Virus record (IMG/VR): IMGVR_UViG_2802429223_000002
DNA: 43,156 bases
Source: a virus
Taxonomy: Duplodnaviria; Heunggongvirae; Uroviricota; Caudoviricetes
Strand: one strand, 5' to 3'
Numbering within the stretch: the stretch's first letter is position 1; each line of letters starts with the position of its first letter. Shown piece after piece: positions 1 to 11,353 of this stretch. The notes below the pieces were generated by a model, which saw nothing but the letters and a program-made list of their open reading frames with translations, did not search any database and was not told the DNA's origin. Position numbers and translations under genes: made by a program.

Positions 1-762
1 TCACTGACGTGTTCTTGCCTCAACTACTTTCTGGTATATAGCGATAGCTTCATCAACCAAAGCTAATGGATAGCAAGAATTTATATTCAATCCGGAGGGG
101 CACTTAATTCTTTCTGCTCCACGTTCACTACGCAATTTTTCACACCATTGCCAAAGTTCCTCAACTGAATAGGTATCCAAACCTAACTCCATCAATCGTT
201 GAGGAACACTTCTGAACTGAGACAAATCTCTTAAACTTTCTAACGAGTTAACTTTTAGTTCAACTTGGTTTACTCTACTTTCTAACTCTTCACGTTTTTC
301 TATTTCCATTACCAATGCTTGAACCGTCTGCTGCAGACTGTTAGCAAAAGCACTCAGTTCTGAACGTTCTTGTTTAGGTGGCGGAGGATATACACCAAAT
401 TCACGAATAGACGGAAGGACCTGATGAAAAAGCCAGCGTTGGAATTTTTTCCCCGCAGCAGTAGTATCCTGAGCAAGTACTCTATATAGACCTGGTTCAG
501 TAAGAAATACCTCAGAGATAGTTTCACCATCCACGACAAGAGAAACATTCCTAAACTCATCTGGATCTAAAGTTTTTATTACCGCTCTTATTACAGTGAG
601 CAAGCTTTGAGAAGTCTTTCCATCCAGTTTTCTGTTCTCAGCAGAAAGCGTTCTTAGCACATCTGAAAGTGAAACAAAAATCTGCCCTTTTTCATTCATG
701 CTACGGATATAATTTTCTCCACACTCTCCTTCGTAGCATAATTGTAACAAATTCTTTTGCAC
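1..762 (-). CDS. BRO-N domain protein (phage antirepressor-like) with C-terminal coiled-coil region
   Basis: 253-aa ORF; N-terminal part fits the Bro-N signature as I recall it (GQIFVSLSDV ... PGLYRVLAQ ... FQRWLFHQVLPSIREFGVY); AT-rich; stop codon is window positions 1-3. Confidence 0.6.
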   Translation of the reverse strand: MQKNLLQLCYEGECGENYIRSMNEKGQIFVSLSDVLRTLSAENRKLDGKTSQSLLTVIRAVIKTLDPDEFRNVSLVVDGETISEVFLTEPGLYRVLAQDTTAAGKKFQRWLFHQVLPSIREFGVYPPPPKQERSELSAFANSLQQTVQALVMEIEKREELESRVNQVELKVNSLESLRDLSQFRSVPQRLMELGLDTYSVEELWQWCEKLRSERGAERIKCPSGLNINSCYPLALVDEAIAIYQKVVEARTRQ

Positions 763-1040
763 GCCATCCCCTCCTTTTTTTATGGATTATACATCCTATA
801 AACATGTTGTCACCGAAAGGGAAAAGCATAAACCCAATTTATGTTCCACAAGATGTTCAAAAATCAAACAACCATATAGCTGAGGAGCACAAAAGAGCAA
901 AAGTTTACCAACCCCATATATCCATACAGCACATAAAATTGACACTACATGTGGTATTTTTTAAGTTACGCCTTGCACCATTTCATGATTTTATGTAGAT
1001 TGTCATCACACGCTGAGATTAAAAAATTCTACAATTTTTG

Positions 1041-1069
1041 TTGATCTTGAGTTTGGTTTTTAGTATAAG
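1041..1069 (+). promoter_or_regulatory. candidate sigma70 promoter for the HTH gene (TTGATC, 17-nt spacer, TATAAG)
   Basis: -35-like TTGATC at 1041-1046 and -10-like TATAAG at 1064-1069, about 25 nt upstream of the SD/ATG at 1084-1098. Confidence 0.35.
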
Positions 1070-1095
1070 TGAGCATGGATTGTAGGAGGCGCAAC

Positions 1096-1446
1096 ATGGT
1101 AACTAGCTTTGGTAAGACTCTCAGAAAAATGAGAATAGACCGGGGTATGGTGCTCAAAAATATGGCTGATCTGTTAGGCGTTAGTTCGGCTTACTTATCC
1201 GCCATTGAATTAGGCAAAAGAGCTATACCGGACTCATTAGTAAATACGATTGCAACAACTTTTGAGCTTAGCGGACAAGACATCATCAATCTCAAGAAAC
1301 AGGCAGAGATTTCTCAACCGTCCATTAAGGTTGATATGTCGGATGCAAATGAGCAGAACAAAGAACTAATGCTTGTTTTTGCTCGTAAATTTAAGGACCT
1401 GAGTCCAGAGCAACTCGATAAGCTTAATAAAATGTTAAAGGACTGA
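1096..1446 (+). CDS. XRE-family helix-turn-helix transcriptional regulator
   Basis: HTH_XRE signature (LRKMRIDRGMVLKNMADLLGVSSAYLSAIELGKR); ATG 1096 chosen because AGGAGG lies 6 nt upstream (ORF track starts at GTG 1069); stop is 3 nt before the next gene. Confidence 0.8.
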   Translation: MVTSFGKTLRKMRIDRGMVLKNMADLLGVSSAYLSAIELGKRAIPDSLVNTIATTFELSGQDIINLKKQAEISQPSIKVDMSDANEQNKELMLVFARKFKDLSPEQLDKLNKMLKD

Positions 1447-1449
1447 ATA

Positions 1450-1983
1450 ATGATTGCGAAACGAGAACTTGGCCATCGCGTTTCACCTCTCAGCACCAGC
1501 ATGATTAAATCATACGCTCATCGTCTGAGAGACGTTCTTCAGATATCAAATCACACATATCTGAGACTGGATGTATTACTAGAAGGTCTTATGGCCTCAG
1601 AAAGCATTGAGCTAGAAATTGTTGAAGATCATGAACTGCCCAAACGCTATGCAGTGACTTATCCAGATAAGAACAAAATTGTTTTACAGCGATCTGTTTA
1701 CGATGCAGTGTGCAATGGTGAGAACCATGCGAGATTCACTGTTGCGCATGAACTTGGTCATTTAGTCATGCATCGCAATCAAAGTATCTATGCACGTAAT
1801 AAGACTAGTGGAGGGCATAAAATCTATGAAGACAGCGAATGGCAAGCAGATGTTTTTGCAAGCCACTTCTTAATTGACTCAAGACTAGTTTTGCCCACAA
1901 TGACTGTTGAAGATATAAGCAAAACATTTGGTGTCAGTCAACAAGCGGCTGAAACCTGGATGAGAAAAAATGCAAAAAGATAA
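1450..1983 (+). CDS. ImmA/IrrE-family zinc metallopeptidase
   Basis: HEXXH motif in FTVAHELGHLVMH plus downstream EWQADVFASHFL, typical of ImmA/IrrE peptidases; tightly coupled to the preceding HTH gene. Confidence 0.8.
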   Translation: MIAKRELGHRVSPLSTSMIKSYAHRLRDVLQISNHTYLRLDVLLEGLMASESIELEIVEDHELPKRYAVTYPDKNKIVLQRSVYDAVCNGENHARFTVAHELGHLVMHRNQSIYARNKTSGGHKIYEDSEWQADVFASHFLIDSRLVLPTMTVEDISKTFGVSQQAAETWMRKNAKR

Positions 1984-1989
1984 CGAAAA

Positions 1990-2014
1990 AGCCAGCGAAC
2001 CGCTGTCGCTGGCT
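1990..2014. terminator. hairpin downstream of the HTH-peptidase operon
   Basis: 9-bp perfect stem AGCCAGCGA / TCGCTGGCT with 7-nt loop; A-run on 5' side, weak T-tract on 3' side. Confidence 0.4.
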
Positions 2015-2108
2015 TCTCCTATCGTAAGCAAATACGAAAAACTTGGCGGTTGTGAGTATACGCTTACCTTAGGTTTTGTCAACAGCGAAACTTTACAGGT
2101 AACACGAT

Positions 2109-2252
2109 ATGACCATTGAAAAAGCTGTATCTGAGGAATACATCACAATTTACCGTCCTTTTATTACGGTCAAAGGTAAACGGATCTTTGCTCGTCAAAA
2201 AGGCTTGGCAGCCTTTCCTATCAAAATTCCTGCCTCTAAGTATCGAGGATAA
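2109..2252 (+). CDS. possible small ORF (47 aa, basic C-terminus)
   Basis: ATG 2109 to TAA 2250-2252, MTIEKAVSEEYITIYRPFITVKGKRIFARQKGLAAFPIKIPASKYRG; weak RBS; not in ORF track (under 60 aa); may be a gene remnant. Confidence 0.2.
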   Translation: MTIEKAVSEEYITIYRPFITVKGKRIFARQKGLAAFPIKIPASKYRG

Positions 2253-2454
2253 TCTTTGCTAATCTTAGGCCCTTTTCTAGGGCCTTTTATTACACTTCTG
2301 TTACGCGCACCACAGATAGAGTTTCAGCTAAAACTTTTGTTCATACCTAGGAGTCTGCTGACGAGTGGTTTGTTCACTAATAAACACGTAAAAACGGTAA
2401 CGGCTGGACATCATTCAATATTCGCACTATTGGAAGTTCACCAGCCAGCCACAG

Positions 2455-2500
2455 CACGTTCTTGCATACAACGTGCCTGCGGTTTTTGAGACCGGTCCGA
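2455..2500 (+). terminator. terminator-like hairpin plus T5, degenerate copy of the element at 3469-3512
   Basis: GCACGT...ACGTGC stem extended by CAG/CTG, then GGTTTTT; about 80 percent identical to the hairpin after the GIY-YIG gene. Confidence 0.35.
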
Positions 2501-2577
2501 TCATCAAACGAAACATAAAATTAGCTCACACTATGAGGAAAAGTATCTTTTTTTACTATGTAAATTCAAAGAATTAG

Positions 2578-3447
<870 letters not shown>

Positions 3448-3468
3448 GTCTTTAAGTGATAAGCATAA

Positions 3469-3512
3469 ACCGCAGCACGTCATGCATACGTCGTGTCTGC
3501 GGTTTTTCTTTT
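3469..3512. terminator. bidirectional rho-independent terminator between convergent GIY-YIG gene and tfa
   Basis: CCGCAG...CTGCGG stem with extended pairing, followed by TTTTTCTTTTTT on plus strand and an A/T run on the other side. Confidence 0.6.
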
Positions 3513-3516
3513 TTGC

Positions 3517-4101
3517 TTACACGGTGTCTGGTTCTTCTGGCCACTCAATATCAGGTGCAGTTGATGTATCAACACGGTTCAGCAACACCCGATACTTCTT
3601 CCAGGCTTCCAGCAACGAGGTTTCTTCCTCCGTTGCAATTTCCAGATCTGCAGCATCCTGAAGCGGCGCAATATGCTCACTGGCTACCTGCATCAGGTTG
3701 TTTTTTGTTTCTTCCGCCTCCCGGATCCGGAACAGTTTTTCTGCTTCCGTATCCTTCACCCAGGCTGTGCCGTTCCACTTCTGAAACTCCCCTTCCGGCG
3801 ATAACCAGGTAACATTTTCCGGTAACGGACCGAGTTCAGAAATAAATAACGCGTCGCCGGAAGCCACGTCATAAACCGTTTTACCCCGATGATCTTCAAC
3901 GAGATGCCACGATGACTCATCACTGTTGAAAACAGCCACGAAGCCAGCCGGAATATCTGGCGGTGCAATATCGGTACTGTTTGCAGGCAGACCTGTATGA
4001 GGTGGAATATATGCGTCACCTTCACCAATAAATTCATTAGTTCCGGCCAGCAGATTATAAATTTTTATGGTCCGTGGTTGTTCACTCATTCTGAATGCCA
4101 T
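3517..4101 (-). CDS. tfa: tail fiber assembly protein Tfa
   Basis: 194 aa, near-identical along its length to lambda Tfa as I recall it ([44 protein letters not shown]...). Confidence 0.95.
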   Translation of the reverse strand: MAFRMSEQPRTIKIYNLLAGTNEFIGEGDAYIPPHTGLPANSTDIAPPDIPAGFVAVFNSDESSWHLVEDHRGKTVYDVASGDALFISELGPLPENVTWLSPEGEFQKWNGTAWVKDTEAEKLFRIREAEETKNNLMQVASEHIAPLQDAADLEIATEEETSLLEAWKKYRVLLNRVDTSTAPDIEWPEEPDTV

Positions 4102-7061
4102 TATGCAAGCCTCACAATGTAGTTAAATGCGATGTTTTTGACGGTGTTTTCCGCGTTACCAGCAGCGTTAACGGTGATGGTGTGTCCATGTGAGCCAATC
4201 GCAACAGAGTGCGTATGAGCACCAATACCGACAGTATGCGCGTGTGCACCTGCAGATGCTGCTGTGCCGGACAGTGAGTGGCTATGATTACCATCTGTAC
4301 TGGTATTAGCTAACCACCCCGTAGACATACCTACTGAGCCTTGTACCCCCCAGGTATTTTGACCTGAGCTTGTATAACCATATTGATAAGTATCTTTAAA
4401 AACACTGGGGTTAAATCGACGGCCATCTCTATGGCTGTGATTACCAGCTGCATTCGTGCTGCCACTTAAACTATGGGTATGCGCCCCGGTGTTATTCGTG
4501 GATTTAGTGCCGTAATCAAACGACGATGTGGTTTTCGTACCCAAATCCGTACTGGATGCGCTGGCGCTGTGGGTGTGCGATTTAATGCCGTCCTGTTCCT
4601 GAGACAATACGGCACGACCACTGGCGGGTTTGCCCTTAATCGTCCAGCCACGCATATCAGGGATCACGCCTGACGGATAAGCGGCTGCAAGTTTCGGGTA
4701 TGCAGATTTGTCAAAAGTCTGCCCCTGCATCAGGGCATAGCCAGACGGAACGGTATCTGATGGCCACGGGATTGGTGCGCCAGGCGGATAAAACTGCTCT
4801 GATGGCGTATAGAGTGAATAAACTGTACCGTCCGTTAACCCTTCCGGCTTATTAGCAGAATATGCTGGTGACGTATGAATCGTCACGCTGGCATTACTGG
4901 TATAATCCCATTGAATATTTACACCAGTCGCATAATTTCCGATTGCAACGTAAATATCGTAAGTATCACCAGATGTATTGACCCAGGCAAAATTTGTAAA
5001 CCCTGTCGATGTGCGCTGCCATAAAGCACCAGTAATCCCCTTCGGATTACCATTACCTGCACGTAAAACAAGTTCAGATATACCTGCCTGTTGAGGTGAC
5101 CCCACGTTAAATCCAGCGCCACCAATCAACGTAATTGAAACAACAGAACTCGCCTGTGGCATGGTTACCGTTGCTAATTTGAACCAACCAGCACCACCGC
5201 TGAATGACATTGTTGTTGAGTTAAGCGTACCAATATCTTTCGGCGTCAGTGTTATATCCGCTGAAAGCGCCTTACCATTCACCTTACGGGCAGAAGGTAC
5301 CCGACCATTCGCATTGTCATTAGCTGCTTTCACTGCTTTCGGTGTCGCAGCAAGCGTTTCAGATGTGCTGTTGGTTGCACTACTGAGCTGGACAATTCCT
5401 TTTTGTGCTGTCGTAGCGTCCTGTGCGGTGTATTTCCCGTTAGCCAGGTCATACGCGGCCTTAACGGCTTTTGGCGTTGCCGCCTGTGACTCGGAAGTGC
5501 TGTTAGTCGCACTGCTGAGCTGAACTATCCCTTTCTGTGCTGTCGTTGCATCCTGTGCGGTGTATTTCCCGTTAGCCAGGTCATACGCGGCCTTAACGGC
5601 TTTTGGCGTTGCCGCCTGTGACTCGGAAGTGCTGTTGGTCGCACTGCTGAGCTGTACTATCCCCTTTTTCGTCGTGCTCGCATCCTCAAGCGCCACGGCG
5701 GATGCAATATCCTCTGCCCGTTTTGCTGCTGTCTCGGCGCGCGTTGCCGCGGATTCCGCCGTACTTTTGCTCTGTGCTGCCGCTGCCGCACTGCCAGCAG
5801 CCTCTGTCGCCTTCGTGGATGCCGTCGTGGCGCTGCCCCTCGCTGCTGACGCCTGTCTGGTCGCCTCATCTTTTGAAGCAGACGCAGATGATGCCGATGA
5901 CGCCGCCGAACTGGCGGACGATGCGGCAGCCGTTTTTGAGGATTCTGCGCTGGTTTCCGACGCTTTCGCGTTCGTTTCGGATGTCTTCGCTGCGGAAGCA
6001 GACCTCGCTGCTGCGCTGGCCTGTTCAGTGGCTTCGCCAGCCTTCGTTGTGGCTGTTGAAGCGGATGATGCGGCGCTTTCTGCCGATTTTCCGGCGGCGG
6101 TGGCACTGACTGCTGCCTCCTCTGCCTTAATGGACGCCTCACGGGCCGATGATGCAGCTGCTGTCTCAGAGTCTGCCGCAGCTGAGGCGCTCTGTTCCGC
6201 TGCCGTTTCAGAAGACCTGGCATTCGTCTCGGACGTTTTTGCCGCCTTCACGGAATTTCCTGCCGCCGTTGCCGAGGAGGCTGCACTGCTGGCGCTTGTG
6301 GAGGCGTTCGTTTCTGATGATTTTGCCGCCTCTTTGGAGGCCGCCGCATCTCTGGCTGAAGTGGCGGCTTCTGACGCTTTCGTCGTCGCAGTGGATGCAG
6401 AAGTGGCTGCTGATTTTTGTGACGCTGCAGCATTCGTTTCTGACGTTTTCGCCGCACCGGCACTGGTGGCCGCCGCGCTTTTTGAGGACTCTGCAGCGGC
6501 AGCACTTTTTGATGCTTCAGTGGCCTTTGTTGATGCCGTTCCTGCGCTGGAAGACGCCTCCTGAGCCGAAGTCGCGGCCTGTCCGGCTGACGTGCTGGCT
6601 GCACGCGCTGAGCCTGCAGCATCAGTCGCATGGGTTGCCGCCTCACGGGCAGATGTGCCGGCATCACTGGCTGACTTCTTCGCGGCTGCCGTGTTCTGTG
6701 CCACCGCGGACGCGTTACGCGTCACCTCTTCCACCATCAGTTCAAAACGGCGCAGAGCCTCCGGACGGGCATCATCCTCCGTCATGGCACCGAGAAAATC
6801 ATTCAGCGTACCGGGTCGGGAATCTTCATACACGGTGATGGTCCCGGCATGTGACGGCGGGAATCCTTCCACCAACAGAATAACGCTGTACTGACCGTAC
6901 TCAACGTCCATGCTGTAACGCCCGGCTTCATCCGGATTTTCTGAGGCCAGCGTGTTCACCACCACCGTGGTGCTGTTACGTTTTGCTTTCAGCTGGATTG
7001 TGCAGTTCTGTACCGGTTTTCCTGTGCCGTCTTTCAGTACACCTGAAATCTTTACTGCCAT
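4101..7061 (-). CDS. stf: side tail fiber protein Stf with expanded internal repeats
   Basis: N-terminus [32 protein letters not shown] matches lambda Stf; long Ala/Ser-rich region; ATG 7059-7061 preferred over GTG 7067. Confidence 0.9.
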   Translation of the reverse strand: MAVKISGVLKDGTGKPVQNCTIQLKAKRNSTTVVVNTLASENPDEAGRYSMDVEYGQYSVILLVEGFPPSHAGTITVYEDSRPGTLNDFLGAMTEDDARPEALRRFELMVEEVTRNASAVAQNTAAAKKSASDAGTSAREAATHATDAAGSARAASTSAGQAATSAQEASSSAGTASTKATEASKSAAAAESSKSAAATSAGAAKTSETNAAASQKSAATSASTATTKASEAATSARDAAASKEAAKSSETNASTSASSAASSATAAGNSVKAAKTSETNARSSETAAEQSASAAADSETAAASSAREASIKAEEAAVSATAAGKSAESAASSASTATTKAGEATEQASAAARSASAAKTSETNAKASETSAESSKTAAASSASSAASSASSASASKDEATRQASAARGSATTASTKATEAAGSAAAAAQSKSTAESAATRAETAAKRAEDIASAVALEDASTTKKGIVQLSSATNSTSESQAATPKAVKAAYDLANGKYTAQDATTAQKGIVQLSSATNSTSESQAATPKAVKAAYDLANGKYTAQDATTAQKGIVQLSSATNSTSETLAATPKAVKAANDNANGRVPSARKVNGKALSADITLTPKDIGTLNSTTMSFSGGAGWFKLATVTMPQASSVVSITLIGGAGFNVGSPQQAGISELVLRAGNGNPKGITGALWQRTSTGFTNFAWVNTSGDTYDIYVAIGNYATGVNIQWDYTSNASVTIHTSPAYSANKPEGLTDGTVYSLYTPSEQFYPPGAPIPWPSDTVPSGYALMQGQTFDKSAYPKLAAAYPSGVIPDMRGWTIKGKPASGRAVLSQEQDGIKSHTHSASASSTDLGTKTTSSFDYGTKSTNNTGAHTHSLSGSTNAAGNHSHRDGRRFNPSVFKDTYQYGYTSSGQNTWGVQGSVGMSTGWLANTSTDGNHSHSLSGTAASAGAHAHTVGIGAHTHSVAIGSHGHTITVNAAGNAENTVKNIAFNYIVRLA
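5275..5670. repeat. three tandem ~132-bp repeats inside stf (two near-perfect, one degenerate)
   Basis: DNA repeat visible by eye; encodes [44 protein letters not shown] three times. Confidence 0.85.
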
Positions 7062-7072
7062 ATTCACCCCAC

Positions 7073-7098
7073 AAAAAAGCCCGCCTGAACCGGCGGGC
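7073..7098 (-). terminator. rho-independent terminator downstream of lom, just upstream of stf
   Basis: 7-bp GC stem GCCCGCC / GGCGGGC, 6-nt loop, followed on minus strand by TTTTTT. Confidence 0.5.
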
Positions 7099-7125
7099 TG
7101 TCATAACACTGTGTTACCTGGCTAA

Positions 7126-7725
7126 TCAGAACTTATAACCGACACCCACGATGAAACCGTCAGTGCGCCAGTCGCCACTGCCGGAGCCTTCATAAGCAAT
7201 ATCAATGGCCACGGATTCGGTCGGGTTAAACTGCACGCCAGCTCCCCACGCCAGAGACGTGTTGCTGTGGCGACCGTCATCACTTCCGGTCAGCACGTCG
7301 TGCGTTTTCCCCTTGTTGTCAGTTACGCGGAGATAATCCCCGGAGAAAGTCGACACACGGCTGTAAGCCACACCCGCCATCGCATACGCGCTGAACCATT
7401 CATTCACGCGCACAGACGGCCCCGCCATTACGCTGAACCAGCGGTTACGAACGGAATCTTCATGCCAGCGGGTATCGCTGTAACGGGTCAGCTGGCGATT
7501 CTTGTCTCCTGCATAGCTGAAAGACGTCACCATCCCCAGTGTGTCCGTAAACTCATAACGGTATTTCACGTTAATCCCGTTCAGATCATCACTGCCGGGA
7601 ACGTTCGTCCGGGCATGAAGATACCCCGCGCTCAGCGTGGACTGATGTTCAGACGCCCATACAGGCGCACCGGATACGGCCAGACAAATGGCTGCGGACA
7701 AAATTGCTGCACAAACTTTACGCAT
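7126..7725 (-). CDS. lom: Lom outer-membrane protein (Ail/Lom family)
   Basis: 199 aa with signal peptide (MRKVCAAILSAAICLAVSGAPVWA) and beta-barrel-like sequence ending GYKF; position between J and stf as in lambda. Confidence 0.9.
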   Translation of the reverse strand: MRKVCAAILSAAICLAVSGAPVWASEHQSTLSAGYLHARTNVPGSDDLNGINVKYRYEFTDTLGMVTSFSYAGDKNRQLTRYSDTRWHEDSVRNRWFSVMAGPSVRVNEWFSAYAMAGVAYSRVSTFSGDYLRVTDNKGKTHDVLTGSDDGRHSNTSLAWGAGVQFNPTESVAIDIAYEGSGSGDWRTDGFIVGVGYKF

Positions 7726-7749
7726 AATTACCTCTCGCTTTTCTGCAAT

Positions 7750-7773
7750 AAAAAAGGCGTCATTCCTGACGCC
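7750..7773 (-). terminator. rho-independent terminator downstream of J (tJ-like)
   Basis: GGCGTCA / TGACGCC 7-bp stem, 4-nt loop, followed on minus strand by TTTTTTATT. Confidence 0.6.
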
Positions 7774-7795
7774 CTTTATTGGGGTTATAAATATT

Positions 7796-10700
7796 TCAAC
7801 GAATACTGATGCCGGAAGCAGCTTTTTTGGTCACAATCACCGTACAGTCGGTGATATTGCCTGCCCCCTGATTGCCTTTCTGGAAAATCTTAAACTCCAG
7901 AGTGACGCTACCACCACCACTAGGCATATCAATAACTGCACTGTAACTACCGGGAATGGCCCCTTTAGTTTCTCTGGATGCGATTAATACGCCGTTTTTG
8001 CGAACTTCAAAACCATAACCCGTGTATCGCGTGCCTCCTGGGTTATTTCCGCTCCCCGGATCGTCATACGCTATACCGTTAAAAATAATGGGCGGAATAA
8101 TAATCTGGCGGTCAAAGTTATGATCATCGCTGATGGTGACTGTAACCGTACCGTTTGGTGTTTCCGTGTTACCCCACGTACCGACTTTTTTCGGGAAGGC
8201 TTTTGATACAGCTTTAACGAAATCCCCTCTGACCTGGGTCGCCTCCAGCATGCCCTTAATCGTACAGTTCTGGTTAATCGTGACATTGTTGAGCGTTCCT
8301 GAGTTCGCATTCACACTGCCACTGATATCCGCATTTTTCGCCGTCAGTCGCCCGTCTGGTGTCAGGGAAAATGCCGGAGGATTACCGCCGCTGGTAATGG
8401 TGGGAGCCGTCAGATATTTCAGGAACACTTCATTCATGAATATCTGATCGCCCTGACCAACAAACATCGGTTTTGTGTTGCCATTCGCAGGATTAACCAT
8501 CGCAATCCTGTCCGCCGCCAGCAGCACCTGACTCTGCATGCCGTCAGGGGTATTCTCAATACCGGCACCGATACCCGCAATATAAAGGCGTCCGTCCTGC
8601 ATCTGCTGCAGCTTCACTGCCCACATGCTGTTCAGGTTATTATTTGTATCAACCTGAACCTTCTGTATCTGCTGGATCGCTGCACTCTGGTCTTCCAGTT
8701 TCTTATTGACGGTCTGTGTTATTTCATTGCTGACATCCGTTATGGACGTCCTGATTTCAGTCAGGTCAGGCGCAAGCTGACCGTTATCAATCTGCGTCCA
8801 CAGCTCCTGAGCCAGATGGGTTTTCCCTATCTCGCCTTTGAAAAAATCCAGATAGCCTGATGCATCATCACTCGGCTGACCGACAGCCTCCACGAATGCC
8901 GATTTGCCAACGGTGTTCACACTGCGAACGTAAAAATAATAATCATGGCCCGGTTTGATATTGATACTGGCGGCTATCCAGTACAGCGCCGTACCAAGAT
9001 AACGCGCGCTGGTTTCAACCTGCCTGATATCCGCAATCCGTTTTTCCGAGAACCAGAACTCAAACTGTACCGTCGGATCATAAACCGCAAGATGCGGTGT
9101 GGCGGTTATCTGAAAATAGCCCGGCGTCAGCTCAATCCGCGACGGTGCTGCCGGTGCGGCAATCCGGAATGATACCGACGCCGGATCACCCTGCTGCCCC
9201 CAGGCATTTACCGCCCTGACTGTCAGCCTGTAGTTCCCCAGCGCCAGCTGCCTGAAGCGGTATGTGGTTTCCGTCGTCCGGGCCGTGCTGACCAGCCGCT
9301 CACTGCCGTCATCCGCTGTTACGGTCAGACGGAGCAGGAAGCTCACGCCCTTCACCACCTTCGGCGTGTCCCAGCGGGCCAGTACCTGATACTCCCCGCT
9401 GTCTGCAGTGACTTCGGCGGTCAGATGCTGCACTGCTGGCGGCGTGACACCATTCACCGTGCCGCTCTGGTCACCGTCAAAGTGCGCCCCGTTATCCACG
9501 ATGGCCTCTTTCTCCGGCACATGCTGCACGGCAGTGATGGCATACGTGCCGTCGTCGTTCTCACGGATACTCACGCAGCGGAACAGGCGCTGGCGCAGCG
9601 TCGGCAGCTTAAGCCCCCACACGCTGTATTCAGCAACACCGTCAGGAACCCGGCTCACTTTTACCTTCACGCCGTCGGTGACGGACTGGACCTCCACGCT
9701 GACCGGATTGCCACTTCCGTCAACCAGGCTTATCAGCGTGGTACCGGAGGATAGCAGCGTGATTTCACGGTCGAGCGTCAGCGTCCGGGTCTGGCTGTTC
9801 ACCGCCAGCACGCGCCCGCCGATGCTGATACCGGCATAGTCATCATCGCAGATTTCAATGACATCGCCCGGTACATGGCGAAGCCCTTCAGCACCCACGC
9901 TGAAGTCCACGGTCTGCGTCTCCAGCAGCTCCGTTTTAATCAGCCACAGCCCGGCGCGGTGTGCCTGCCCCCGACTGGTACAACCAAAGGCATCCATCTT
10001 CGTGACATTACGACCGTAACGGGCAATGGCCTGCGTATCTTCAACAAGCTCTGTCGCCGTCTCCCAGCCGTTGTTCGGGTCAATCCAGTTCACCTCAACG
10101 GCATTATGGCGGTCCTTCAGGGCGCTGAAGCTGTAGCGGAACGGCGCGCCATCATCCGGCATCACCACATTACTGCGGTTATAGGTCCACACCTTATCCG
10201 ATGACCGGTCCTGCACAAACGTCAGCGTCTGCCCGTTCCATACCGGCATACAGCGCATCGCCGAGCAGAAATCACTGAGCACATCCCACGCCTTGCGCTG
10301 TGTGGTCAGGTATGCATTACAGGTGATGCGCGGCTCCGTGCCGCCAAAGCCGTCCGGTACTGACTGGTCGCAGTACTGGCCGATGACATACAGCGCCCAT
10401 TTGTCCACATCCGCCGCACCAAGACGTTTCCCCATGCCGTAGCGTGGATGGGTCAGCATATCCCACAGACACCAGGCCATGTTGTTGCTGTATGCCGGTT
10501 TAAACGTTCCGTCCCAGATACCGCTGTATTGCCGCGTCTGCGGGTTATAGTTCGACGGCACCTGCAGAATGCGCCCGCGAAGATGATAATTACGGCTCAC
10601 CTGCTGACTGCCGAACTGCTCCGAGTCCACCTGCACGCCGACCAGTGCCGTGTTCGGGTAGCACTGTTTCACATCGATAATTTCGGTGTATGACGACCAG

Positions 10701-11293
10701 AGCGTTTTGTTCTGCAGCTGGTCTGTGGTGCTGTCCGGCGTCATCCTGCACATCCGGATATTAAACGGGCGCGGCGGCAGGTTATCCACCACCACTGAGG
10801 CCAGATACTGCGACGTGGTTTTGCCCTTAATGGTGATGTCTTTTTCTGTCACCCAGCCACCATTACGCTGTATCTGAACCAGCAGGCGGACTTCCGACGG
10901 ATTCCTGTCCCCCTTTGAGGTGGTTTCCACCAGTGCCTGCACACCGAAGGTAAAGCGCAGACGGTCGATATTTGCAGACGTGATGGTCCGGGTGATCGGC
11001 GTGTCATATTTCACTTCCGTACCCAGCACCGTCTCGGAGCCGGAGGATTCAAATCCCTCCGGCGGAGTCTGCTCCTGCTCACCTGCCCGGAACACCACCG
11101 TGACACCGGAGATGTTGGTATTCCCCTCAGTGTCCAGCACCGGCGTACTGTTCAGCAGCACGCTTTTTAATCCATCCACCGGACCTTCAATCGGCCCTTC
11201 ACTGATGGCATCAATCACACTCAGCAACTGCGTGGATTTCAGGTTGTCCTTCGCTTCGCGCGGGGTATGCCCCTTACTGCTGCCTTTACCCAT
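7796..11293 (-). CDS. J: tail tip / host specificity protein J
   Basis: 1165 aa; N-terminal several hundred residues match lambda J as recalled ([44 protein letters not shown]...). Confidence 0.95.
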   Translation of the reverse strand: MGKGSSKGHTPREAKDNLKSTQLLSVIDAISEGPIEGPVDGLKSVLLNSTPVLDTEGNTNISGVTVVFRAGEQEQTPPEGFESSGSETVLGTEVKYDTPITRTITSANIDRLRFTFGVQALVETTSKGDRNPSEVRLLVQIQRNGGWVTEKDITIKGKTTSQYLASVVVDNLPPRPFNIRMCRMTPDSTTDQLQNKTLWSSYTEIIDVKQCYPNTALVGVQVDSEQFGSQQVSRNYHLRGRILQVPSNYNPQTRQYSGIWDGTFKPAYSNNMAWCLWDMLTHPRYGMGKRLGAADVDKWALYVIGQYCDQSVPDGFGGTEPRITCNAYLTTQRKAWDVLSDFCSAMRCMPVWNGQTLTFVQDRSSDKVWTYNRSNVVMPDDGAPFRYSFSALKDRHNAVEVNWIDPNNGWETATELVEDTQAIARYGRNVTKMDAFGCTSRGQAHRAGLWLIKTELLETQTVDFSVGAEGLRHVPGDVIEICDDDYAGISIGGRVLAVNSQTRTLTLDREITLLSSGTTLISLVDGSGNPVSVEVQSVTDGVKVKVSRVPDGVAEYSVWGLKLPTLRQRLFRCVSIRENDDGTYAITAVQHVPEKEAIVDNGAHFDGDQSGTVNGVTPPAVQHLTAEVTADSGEYQVLARWDTPKVVKGVSFLLRLTVTADDGSERLVSTARTTETTYRFRQLALGNYRLTVRAVNAWGQQGDPASVSFRIAAPAAPSRIELTPGYFQITATPHLAVYDPTVQFEFWFSEKRIADIRQVETSARYLGTALYWIAASINIKPGHDYYFYVRSVNTVGKSAFVEAVGQPSDDASGYLDFFKGEIGKTHLAQELWTQIDNGQLAPDLTEIRTSITDVSNEITQTVNKKLEDQSAAIQQIQKVQVDTNNNLNSMWAVKLQQMQDGRLYIAGIGAGIENTPDGMQSQVLLAADRIAMVNPANGNTKPMFVGQGDQIFMNEVFLKYLTAPTITSGGNPPAFSLTPDGRLTAKNADISGSVNANSGTLNNVTINQNCTIKGMLEATQVRGDFVKAVSKAFPKKVGTWGNTETPNGTVTVTISDDHNFDRQIIIPPIIFNGIAYDDPGSGNNPGGTRYTGYGFEVRKNGVLIASRETKGAIPGSYSAVIDMPSGGGSVTLEFKIFQKGNQGAGNITDCTVIVTKKAASGISIR

Positions 11294-11353
11294 TCGTCAT
11301 GCTCCATAAACGACAAAACCGCCCGGAGGCGGTTTCACATAAAACATTTTGCA

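Noticed and set aside
669-998. 109-aa plus-strand ORF overlapping the BRO-N gene start and the divergent promoter region
   Set aside because: Overlaps the 5' end of a well-supported gene, no RBS, low-complexity hydrophobic translation; region is better explained as promoter DNA.
2256-2489. 77-aa ORF ending in ...SCIQRACGF
   Set aside because: Its end is simply translation of the terminator-like hairpin; the same peptide appears at the start of ORF 3456-3812 because the hairpin is duplicated. Treated as a repeat, not a gene.
3456-3812. 118-aa plus-strand ORF overlapping tfa on the opposite strand
   Set aside because: Antisense to the strongly supported tfa gene and begins inside the terminator hairpin; no RBS.
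5161-6894. Several long ORFs on both strands inside stf (e.g. 5560-6564 plus, Ala-rich 334 aa; 5657-6223 minus, Arg/Pro-rich 188 aa; 6149-6838 plus)
   Set aside because: They lie entirely within the GC-rich, repetitive Ala/Ser-coding part of stf, have extreme low-complexity composition and no ribosome-binding sites; typical alternative-frame artefacts.
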